Assembly (NCBI GenBank): GCA_964549155.1
Contig: CAZJUG010000005.1
Span: forward strand, 1 to 36,841
Reading direction: 5' to 3'
DNA: 36,841 bases
Origin: Candidatus Woesearchaeota archaeon
Lineage (GTDB): Archaea > Nanobdellota > Nanobdellia > Pacearchaeales > GW2011-AR1
Both the position numbers and the translations under genes were made by a program. Positions 19,413 to 25,947 of the stretch are shown one piece after another. A model generated the notes under the pieces. The model saw only the letters and a list, made by a program, of their open reading frames with translations. It searched no databases and was not told the origin of the DNA. Within the stretch, counting starts at the first letter, position 1; every line of letters starts with the position of its first letter.

Positions 19413-19466
19413 GAATATTATAGAATTAAAAGGGTTTTTAATTGTTTACAAATAGCTAAGATATTC

Positions 19467-20033
19467 CTATTTTCCTGCAATAAAGTTCACATCCATAATC
19501 TGTGGAGAACCATAGGGCTCATCATTTGCCTTAGCAGATATTCTGAATCTAACTAAACAAAGAGGGTCTCCAATTTGAGTTTCAAATGTGACACGAGTAA
19601 CATAAGATTGACCACTCGCGATGGGAATTCCTTCTTCAGACTGCCCAACCGATATAAGACTCTCAATTTCTTCTTTGGTGTATCCATCACATTTCTCTGA
19701 AACTTTAGAATCGGAAACTTCAACAACATAGGAGAATGTTACATCTGAAGAAGCTCCACGCCTAAGGTTTGTTATTCCAATTCCAAATGCCGTAGGTTCT
19801 CCTTGCCGAACATCAATCTTTTTAGAACTTGGTGTGACTCCTATTTCTGTTTCCTTGCCATAAATATTTTTAAGTTCTTCCATCAGTTGATCATCGGTCA
19901 TTTTCAATGCATTCTCGGCTGAAGAAAATATATTCCTAATTAACATCAATCCCAAAATCAACATAGACATTGCCAAAACTATTACAACAATAGTGCTAAC
20001 ACTCAATTCCATTGCTGCTCTTTTGGACTTCAT
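19467..20033 (-). CDS. archaeal type IV pilin-like secreted protein (class III signal peptide candidate)
   Basis: MKSKRAAMELSVSTIVVIVLAMSMLILGL: basic residues, small residues, then a hydrophobic helix, followed by a beta-rich domain. Cleavage site not proven. Confidence 0.5.
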   Translation of the reverse strand: MKSKRAAMELSVSTIVVIVLAMSMLILGLMLIRNIFSSAENALKMTDDQLMEELKNIYGKETEIGVTPSSKKIDVRQGEPTAFGIGITNLRRGASSDVTFSYVVEVSDSKVSEKCDGYTKEEIESLISVGQSEEGIPIASGQSYVTRVTFETQIGDPLCLVRFRISAKANDEPYGSPQIMDVNFIAGK

Positions 20034-20266
20034 TTTTTAAAAAAACTTTTCAGTGGTTTAATTGAAAGAATGATTGCCATTGCGAGAAAAGCCCATTTGA
20101 AATCTTCAATATCAGAAAAGAATTGAGGAATCAAATAAACTAAAAATAGTGTTCCGAAAAAAACCGTAAACTTAGTCATGACTATATCTGACATCGAGGC
20201 ACACCAATAACATTTTCTATCCTGAACCCTCTTCACTTCTTTCTTTACACTCTTTTTCATATTCAA
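20030..20266 (-). CDS. small two-TM membrane protein
   Basis: 78-aa ORF with a 4-nt overlap with the downstream pilin-like gene. Confidence 0.5.
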   Translation of the reverse strand: MNMKKSVKKEVKRVQDRKCYWCASMSDIVMTKFTVFFGTLFLVYLIPQFFSDIEDFKWAFLAMAIILSIKPLKSFFKK

Positions 20267-20319
20267 TCTACATTTTAGAGGTTTATAAAACTTATTCTTT
20301 TTGAAAAACTTCCTTTTAA

Positions 20320-20375
20320 TTTTATAAAGACTTAAAAAGCCAAGATTTATTTAATTCATTAAGGGGCTGTAGCTC
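20320..20375 (+). repeat. direct repeat copy 1: promoter-like region plus tRNA-Phe nt 1-13
   Basis: 56 bp (ttttataaagacttaaaaagccaagatttatttaattcattaaggggctgtagctc) identical to 20483-20538 at a 163-nt offset. Confidence 0.85.
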
Positions 20376-20468
20376 GACTCGAGATTTGCATCTCACAGAA
20401 TCGTCTTAAATTCTATTTTTGTTCTTGTTCGAAGCGAATCTCTCGGGAAGAGTGTCCGACTGAAGACC
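20363..20468 (+). pseudogene. truncated 5'-half copy of tRNA-Phe(GAA) interrupted after nt 13
   Basis: GGGGCTGTAGCTC, then a 69-nt insert, then GGGAAGAGTGTCCGACTGAAGACC (compare GGGAGAGCGTCCGGCTGAAGACC in the intact gene). The insert ends can pair (GAGATTTGC 20381-20389 with GCGAATCTC 20434-20442). No 3' anticodon-stem strand or T arm follows. Confidence 0.55.
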
Positions 20469-20482
20469 TCTTCAGCTATTCG

Positions 20483-20538
20483 TTTTATAAAGACTTAAAA
20501 AGCCAAGATTTATTTAATTCATTAAGGGGCTGTAGCTC
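20483..20538 (+). repeat. direct repeat copy 2 (belongs to the intact tRNA-Phe gene)
   Basis: Identical to 20320-20375. Confidence 0.85.
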
Positions 20539-20597
20539 ATTGGGAGAGCGTCCGGCTGAAGACCGGTAGGTAGGGAGTTCGATTCTCCCCAGCCCCA
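20526..20597 (+). tRNA. tRNA-Phe (anticodon GAA), 72 nt, no encoded CCA
   Basis: Manual cloverleaf: GGGGCTG/CAGCCCC acceptor, GCTC-ATTGGGA-GAGC D arm, TCCGG-CTGAAGA-CCGGT anticodon arm, GGGAG-TTCGATT-CTCCC T arm. Followed by a T-run. Confidence 0.9.
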
Positions 20598-20683
20598 TTT
20601 CTTTTTTGAGAATCGAACTTTCGATTACTTACATTCGATTTATGGAGAATGGAAGTCCCAGAAAAATTTTCTATTTTTCTGAG

Positions 20684-20701
20684 CTCCCCAGCCCCATTTC
20701 T
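20684..20701 (+). repeat. duplicated 3'-terminal fragment of tRNA-Phe plus trailer
   Basis: ctccccagccccatttct is identical to 20585-20602 (99-nt offset). Isolated TTCGATT T-loop-like motifs at 20620-20626 and 20634-20640, and an inverted GAGAATCGAAC at 20608-20618. Confidence 0.7.
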
Positions 20702-20793
20702 ATTGAATCGAACGACCGAAGTAGGGAGCGAAAATTTCGCTTTGAATAAACTACTTTTATTCATGATTTTTATGAAATGCAAAATTTGAGTAG

Positions 20794-20818
20794 ATTCTCC
20801 CCACCTTTCTCCACTATG
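20794..20818 (+). repeat. left arm of a 25-bp perfect inverted repeat (partner inside the SplB-like radical-SAM ORF)
   Basis: attctccccacctttctccactatg is the exact reverse complement of 22479-22503. Similarity drops abruptly outside the 25-mer. Confidence 0.85.
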
Positions 20819-20850
20819 ACTGGACATAGGGGGTTTTGAGAGGTGAAGGA

Positions 20851-21366
20851 TTATTTAGTTTTTATTAGTCCGCCAACATAATTCCTAAAACAAACCTTAC
20901 TTCCATTAAAATGAATATTCTCTTCCCCAATGAACCCCTCTATGTCTCCTTTCCAATTGTTTTCATAACCCCAAGAACCTCTCTTAAGTTTTTTTGGACC
21001 TCTAGCAGGGAATTCTTTTGGAGGTTTACTAATACACTTTTTTAGAAAACTGAATGCTTTGTTGTGTAAATCTTCATATTTTTTAAAAACTCCTCCCCTA
21101 TAAGACATTACCCAAATAACCTTTCCATTCAAAAAAACTCTTTCTTGACCACAATCAATTAAATTCCCAAAATAAGTATCTGTATAGGTGTACTTTCCCT
21201 TTTTTACAATATAGGTTTTTCCGCCATCTTCTGTTTTTTTGGGTCTTGAAAAAAAAGAAGCATAGGTTTTCTTCTTTGCATAAGAAATAAAATTAATTAA
21301 TTCGTCATCCATTCTTTTATAGTGTGTACCACTCTTATTAAATCTTTTTATTGGAATGCTCTCCAA
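20851..21366 (-). CDS. DUF5680-like protein, paralog 1
   Basis: Shares with ORF 23135..23596 the pattern xLIxFxxxAKxKTxAS...Y.DxYFG...W.M...GG...FSFLKK...FP.RGP...G...Y.N.W.GD...F.GEE.I. DUF5680 assignment is from memory. Alternative start MDDELINF at 21312. Confidence 0.6.
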   Translation of the reverse strand: MESIPIKRFNKSGTHYKRMDDELINFISYAKKKTYASFFSRPKKTEDGGKTYIVKKGKYTYTDTYFGNLIDCGQERVFLNGKVIWVMSYRGGVFKKYEDLHNKAFSFLKKCISKPPKEFPARGPKKLKRGSWGYENNWKGDIEGFIGEENIHFNGSKVCFRNYVGGLIKTK

Positions 21367-21435
21367 ATTATAATAAATAATCTTATAATCACTCTGGAGG
21401 GGTACATTTAAATATACTAAAATCCTCTAAATTAA

Positions 21436-22341
21436 ATGAAGCACAGTATTATATGGAACATCACCCGGGCTTGTCCCTGGCATTGTGATTTTTGTTGTGT
21501 TGGAGCATTGTATGTTCCAAGAGAAGAACAGTCTCAACAAAAGAGACTAGAATCTCAAGGAATAGAACTTTCTTTAGATGAAAAACTGAGAATTGTAGAG
21601 AATTTAGATAACGATTGGTTTAAATTAGATGTATCTGGAGGGGAACCTCTTCTATTCGCCGATAATAGACATATAATCGAGAGGCTATCTTCAAAGTTGG
21701 GCAAGGAGAATCTTTCTGTAACATCTACTGGAAAAGGTCTTGAGTTAGTTAGCCCTGAATGGTTGCAAGACAATGTTTCTGAGGTGGGATTTACATATGA
21801 CTTTCCTAGAGAACATTCTCCAAATAGGCCTAAGGGATATAATCAATCTAATCTTAGTGCAATCAAGAATCTTGGTGGTACTGTCAGGACTATGGCCCAA
21901 ACTCCTTTGACTAGAGACAACTCAGATCCAGAAATTATTAGTGAGATTTATCAGAATTTGAAAGATGTAAATGTAGATACCCTTCTACTTATTGGACTTA
22001 AGGGGTCTGGCAGAGGTCATGGAAAAGAAAATTTGAATTTATCAAGAAAGGAGAGACTGAGGATAGTCAGGATCTACAAGGCCCAAGAGAGCCATTATAA
22101 TGGCCCAAAAATAAAATTAGCACCAAACTTATATGGCCCTCTTGTCGAGAAATTCGTTGGTTCATTTAATATAGATACTCAAGGAAGGCTATTGTCCAAT
22201 CCATGGTCCTATAATATAGATGGAACACCTTATGCAAGAGCCATAATGGGAGATTTAAAAAGTGAAAAGCTTTCTATTTTAGTAGGAAAATTGCTCCCTC
22301 AAGCATACTTAAGACAAGTAAAGAGGAATCTAGAAAAATGA
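21436..22341 (+). CDS. radical SAM enzyme, subfamily not recognised
   Basis: CPWHCDFC (CxxxCxxC) near the N-terminus and the SGGEPLLF SAM-binding motif. No SPASM-like C-terminal Cys cluster seen. Confidence 0.8.
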   Translation: MKHSIIWNITRACPWHCDFCCVGALYVPREEQSQQKRLESQGIELSLDEKLRIVENLDNDWFKLDVSGGEPLLFADNRHIIERLSSKLGKENLSVTSTGKGLELVSPEWLQDNVSEVGFTYDFPREHSPNRPKGYNQSNLSAIKNLGGTVRTMAQTPLTRDNSDPEIISEIYQNLKDVNVDTLLLIGLKGSGRGHGKENLNLSRKERLRIVRIYKAQESHYNGPKIKLAPNLYGPLVEKFVGSFNIDTQGRLLSNPWSYNIDGTPYARAIMGDLKSEKLSILVGKLLPQAYLRQVKRNLEK

Positions 22342-23138
22342 AAGTAACAAGAAAAGAAGTCAAGTCATTATTAACAAAAAGCAACTTGCCAGAAGCAGAT
22401 TATGTAATCAACCCTTACATCGGTTGTCAACATGGTTGTAGTTATTGCTATGCAGATTTTATGAAAAGATTCACTGGGCATAGTGGAGAAAGGTGGGGAG
22501 AATTTATAGATGTTAAAACAAATGGTCCTGAAACTATCAAAAGAGTCAAGCCAGGCTCTACAATCGTTATAGGTTCTGTAACTGATCCCTATCAACCAAT
22601 AGAAGCTAAGGAACAATTAACTAGAAGAACCCTTCAGCATCTTGTTCTACATCAACCAAGATTAGAAATAATTACAAAGTCTCCTTTAATTTTGAGAGAT
22701 GTTGATTTGTTAAAACAATTTAATAATCTCAAGGTCGGAATGTCTATCGGAATATTGAATGATGAGTATGCTAGAGAACTAGAACCTTATGCTCCCTCCC
22801 CAAGCAATAGGTTAGATGCATTAAGAAAATTACATAAGGAAGGAATTTTTACCTATTTGTTTATGTCTCCCATTCTTCCAGAGTTCTCTGAGATTGGGCC
22901 TTTAATAAAAAAAGCTAAAAGATTTGTAGATGAGATTTATTTTGAAAATTTGAATATAAGGGCAAATAACAGAAAGGCAGTTCTTGAATTTGTAGCTAAA
23001 CATAAACCAGAATTAGTTGAGTTCTATAAGGGATTATCTAAGAATAGAGAATATTGGGATAGAGTAGAAAGTCGGATTGTTGAGAAATGTAAATGTGATG
23101 GAATTAAATATCGTATGTTCTTTCATCACAGAAAATGA
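22338..23138 (+). CDS. radical SAM enzyme of the SplB / COG1533 (spore-photoproduct-lyase-like 'DNA repair photolyase') family
   Basis: NPYIGCQHGCSYCYADFMKRF is the hallmark N-terminal motif of this family. ATGA overlap with both neighbours. Confidence 0.8.
   Translation: MKVTRKEVKSLLTKSNLPEADYVINPYIGCQHGCSYCYADFMKRFTGHSGERWGEFIDVKTNGPETIKRVKPGSTIVIGSVTDPYQPIEAKEQLTRRTLQHLVLHQPRLEIITKSPLILRDVDLLKQFNNLKVGMSIGILNDEYARELEPYAPSPSNRLDALRKLHKEGIFTYLFMSPILPEFSEIGPLIKKAKRFVDEIYFENLNIRANNRKAVLEFVAKHKPELVEFYKGLSKNREYWDRVESRIVEKCKCDGIKYRMFFHHRK
22479..22503 (+). repeat. right arm of the 25-bp perfect inverted repeat (codons for HSGERWGE)
   Basis: catagtggagaaaggtggggagaat is the reverse complement of 20794-20818. 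Confidence 0.85.
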
Positions 23139-23596
23139 ATCTAATTGAATTTTTAGCAAAAGCTAAGATTAAAACTTTTGCATCCCAATTTTCTATTCCA
23201 AAAGGAATCTTAACAGGAAATAAAAGATATGAGTATTCTGAAGGAGACTTTGAATATTTGGATTCCTATTTTGGGTATACCAGGGACCAAAGTACAGAAA
23301 CTATAAAGTTTCAAGGAGAGGAAGTTTGGAAAATGCGATCTCAGGGAGGAATGAGTCCCGGATTAGAGAGAGAAGCGAGAAGATGTTTCTCTTTTTTAAA
23401 AAAAGCTTTAAGAAATACCTCCGCCGATTTCCCAGTTAGGGGACCAAGACAATTTAGAAAAGGCCACTTACTCTACCTAAACGAATGGAAGGGGGATCTT
23501 CAGGAATTTGAAGGAGAAGAGAAGATTTTCTGGTTAGAGAAGGTAATTTATTCACGAACATATTCTGGAGGAACAGTCAGAAAACAAGGCCTCTAA
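23135..23596 (+). CDS. DUF5680-like protein, paralog 2
   Basis: Alignable by eye along its length with the ORF at 20851..21366. ATGA overlap with the upstream radical-SAM gene. Confidence 0.6.
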   Translation: MNLIEFLAKAKIKTFASQFSIPKGILTGNKRYEYSEGDFEYLDSYFGYTRDQSTETIKFQGEEVWKMRSQGGMSPGLEREARRCFSFLKKALRNTSADFPVRGPRQFRKGHLLYLNEWKGDLQEFEGEEKIFWLEKVIYSRTYSGGTVRKQGL

Positions 23597-23720
23597 AAGT
23601 ACACCCATTGTTTCGGACAAACCTTCTGGATGCTCCCTAACCAAAAGAACTAATTTAGACAAAATAGGAAATTTTGTTTGTTCACAGTGTGTGAAACACT
23701 CTAAAATTTTTAGAATTTTG

Positions 23721-23758
23721 AGTGGGATTTTCATCCCACTATAAGTAAGAAATAGGCC
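23721..23758 (-). repeat. second copy of the RNase P RNA 3'-terminal module (P1 3' strand + 8-bp GNRA-loop hairpin)
   Basis: Minus strand reads GGCCTATTTCTTACTT-AT-AGTGGGAT-GAAA-ATCCCACT. The 16-mer (23743-23758) is identical to 23897-23912. The hairpin has the same shape as the one after the RNase P RNA but a different sequence. Confidence 0.7.
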
Positions 23759-23896
23759 ACGAGTTACTTTTCTTTCACAAAGAAAAGTTTCTCTAAATCA
23801 AAAGAAACTTTGTTTAGGGTTTCAAAAATAAGAAATTTTTTAAACTAATTATTAACAGAAAGCGAAATCATTAATCGGGAGTTTACACTCCCGAGC

Positions 23897-24281
23897 AAGT
23901 AAGAAATAGGCCGCTTTCTGTCAGACTTTGTCCGAAGACAAACAGTCTGTGCCAACATCCGACTAAGCCCACGCAAGATTTGTGGTTTCATCAACCAAGG
24001 CATCTGTTTCAGCATTTCTCTTCATCAACATCAGTTGCTTCCCTTGAGAGTTTTTTGACATTACTGCCAATCACTTTTCAAGGCCAACATCATTTAAGAT
24101 GAGAGCTGTGTCATTTCTGTTATGGAGCTCTGCCTTACGACAGTCCTTTTACAAGGATGGTTTCTTTTGATTGCTTCCATTCAAGGAAACAAGATGTGCG
24201 GACCTTCCTCAGAATTCAAGATTGATTTTTACAATCTTTAGGCTATTAACCCTGAATCCCGAAATTGGCTATCTTACTTAC
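23897..24281 (-). ncRNA. rnpB: RNase P RNA (archaeal type-A-like), about 385 nt
   Basis: Minus strand carries CTGAGGAAGGTCCGCAC (CR-I-like, consensus GAGGAAAGUCCGGGC) and GACAGAAAGCGGCCTAT (CR-V-like, consensus ACAGAAnnnGGCUUA). The 5' GTAAGTAAGATAGCC pairs with the 3' GGCCTATTTCTTACTT as P1. Ends are approximate. Confidence 0.8.
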
Positions 24282-24373
24282 ATTTTTTAGAAGGAGTTTG
24301 AGTTTTTAAGGTTGTGGGTTTGGAAAAATTTCTCAATCAAAAGGCTTAAAAAGCCTTCCGAAGTACTAATTTT

Positions 24374-24484
<111 letters not shown>

Positions 24485-24500
24485 ACTTATTCTCTTAATA

Positions 24501-24683
24501 TTACTGGGTTCTTATCCTATAGCAATTTCCAGAATAATATACTCTTCTTTCCCGAAATGCTCTATGCCATTTAGCATCAGTTTCATCAGAAAATAAACTA
24601 TCTCTAACTTCTTGAGCCGTCATTCCAGTAGATCTTTCCACAACTTGTTCAATTTTTCTCAAGACTTCACTTTTTTCAGGCAT
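24501..24683 (-). CDS. possible 60-aa hypothetical protein
   Basis: ORF only, no motif. It lies where the Rpp21 promoter is expected, so it may be spurious. Confidence 0.3.
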   Translation of the reverse strand: MPEKSEVLRKIEQVVERSTGMTAQEVRDSLFSDETDAKWHRAFRERRVYYSGNCYRIRTQ

Positions 24684-24716
24684 AACTTTTTAATGTTCTA
24701 TTACTATATAAATTTT

Positions 24717-24962
24717 ATGTCCAGTAAACAAAAAACCCTTGAAAAAATTAAAGAACTGATTTCTAAAAAAGAGGTAAGAAGTAACAAAGCTGCGAAGAAA
24801 CTCGCAATGAAGAATAATATTAAACTTGGAAAACTCCGAAGAGAATTCTGTCAAGAGTGTTATGCTCCTTTGGAAAAAGCAAAGAGAAGAGTGAAGAAAG
24901 ATTATCTGAATGTTGAATGTTTGAAATGTGGGAAGAAAGTTAGATGGAAAATTAAAAGTTAA
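24717..24962 (+). CDS. rnp4: RNase P protein component 4 (Rpp21/Rnp4)
   Basis: 81 aa, basic N-terminal helix, zinc ribbon FCQECYAPL...VECLKCGKKVRW. ATG at 24717. Confidence 0.7.
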   Translation: MSSKQKTLEKIKELISKKEVRSNKAAKKLAMKNNIKLGKLRREFCQECYAPLEKAKRRVKKDYLNVECLKCGKKVRWKIKS

Positions 24963-25000
24963 ATCTTCAAAATGCGAATTTTGAACGAATCAAAAAATTC

Positions 25001-25198
25001 TTAGAATTTTTTGAACTTATTAACCAAATCAATATAATCTTCTTGTCCCATAAACATTGCTCTACAACAATATCTGTCTAATCCAACCTCATCCATGACT
25101 TTTCCAGGGTCTTCGCCAGCAGCAACTCTTTCTTTAAACTGCTTCCACAAATGAGCGATTGGCTTTCCACATGAAAAACATCTTATAGGAATTAACAT
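25001..25198 (-). CDS. rpoN: DNA-directed RNA polymerase subunit N (Rpo10)
   Basis: MLIPIRCFSCGKPI...RYCCR signature. 65 aa. Confidence 0.9.
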   Translation of the reverse strand: MLIPIRCFSCGKPIAHLWKQFKERVAAGEDPGKVMDEVGLDRYCCRAMFMGQEDYIDLVNKFKKF

Positions 25199-25248
25199 AT
25201 ATTTTGATGTTTCAAAGCATTTTTAAAGCTTTTGTTCTTAAAAAATAC

Positions 25249-25947
25249 ATGAAAAGGGAAATAATCAAACTAGAAAATGTATTCAAAATTTATTCTATGG
25301 GGGAAAGTAAGGTTTATGCCCTTTCAGGTATTGATGTATCTGTGAGGGAAGGAGAGTTTGTTGCCATAATGGGACCTTCGGGTTCAGGGAAAAGTACTAG
25401 TATGAATCTTGTTGGGAGCTTGGACACTCCAACACGAGGGAGTATATTCCTAGATGAACACAATATTTCCCATCTACATGAATCAGATTTAGCACAAATA
25501 AGGGGAATAAAGATAGGTTTTATTTTTCAGAGTTTTAATTTGATTAATACATTAACCGCCAAAGAAAATATTGTTCTACCTATGGTTTTCCAAGGAAAAT
25601 CTAAGGAAGAACAAGAAGAAAAAGCAAAAGAGCTTTTAGAATTAGTAGAACTTGCTGATAGAGCAGACCACTATCCAAACGAACTTTCTGGTGGACAAAG
25701 ACAAAGAGTTGCAATTGCAAGAGCTTTAGCAAATGACCCGGAGGTTATTCTTGCCGACGAACCAACAGGAAATCTGGACTCTAAAACTGGGGGGAAAGTT
25801 TTAGATTTTTTACAAAAATTACACAAACAAGGAAAAACAATTGTTATGGTTACACACGACCAAAATCTCGCTCAAAAATATGCTCAAAGAGTTTATTGGT
25901 TAAAAGACGGAAAAGTTGAAAAAGTTACAAATGGAAAGAAAAAATGA
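25249..25947 (+). CDS. ABC transporter ATP-binding protein (MacB/LolD-like)
   Basis: GPSGSGKST Walker A, LSGGQRQRVAIARAL signature, LADEPTGNLD Walker B. Start at MKREII (25249); ATG 25207 is an alternative. Confidence 0.9.
   Translation: MKREIIKLENVFKIYSMGESKVYALSGIDVSVREGEFVAIMGPSGSGKSTSMNLVGSLDTPTRGSIFLDEHNISHLHESDLAQIRGIKIGFIFQSFNLINTLTAKENIVLPMVFQGKSKEEQEEKAKELLELVELADRADHYPNELSGGQRQRVAIARALANDPEVILADEPTGNLDSKTGGKVLDFLQKLHKQGKTIVMVTHDQNLAQKYAQRVYWLKDGKVEKVTNGKKK

Noticed and set aside
20363-20701. Reconstructing a complete second (split or multi-intron) tRNA-Phe from the outer fragments
   Set aside because: I found pieces for nt 1-13, the D loop to anticodon loop and the last 13 nt. There is no 3' anticodon-stem strand (TCGGA-like) and no T-stem 5' strand next to a T-loop. 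The full cloverleaf cannot be assembled by eye, so it is kept only as an alternative hypothesis.
20537-20827. 96-aa minus-strand ORF (MSSHSGERWGE...) listed in the ORF track
   Set aside because: It runs antisense through the intact tRNA-Phe gene and the tRNA-derived fragments and has low-complexity content. Only its first 11 codons matter, as the left arm of the 25-bp inverted repeat. Not called as a CDS.
21436-22341. Calling rSAM-1 a prokaryotic viperin
   Set aside because: Only the generic CxxxCxxC and GGEP motifs are visible. I could not see viperin-specific C-terminal features by eye, so it stays an unclassified radical-SAM enzyme.
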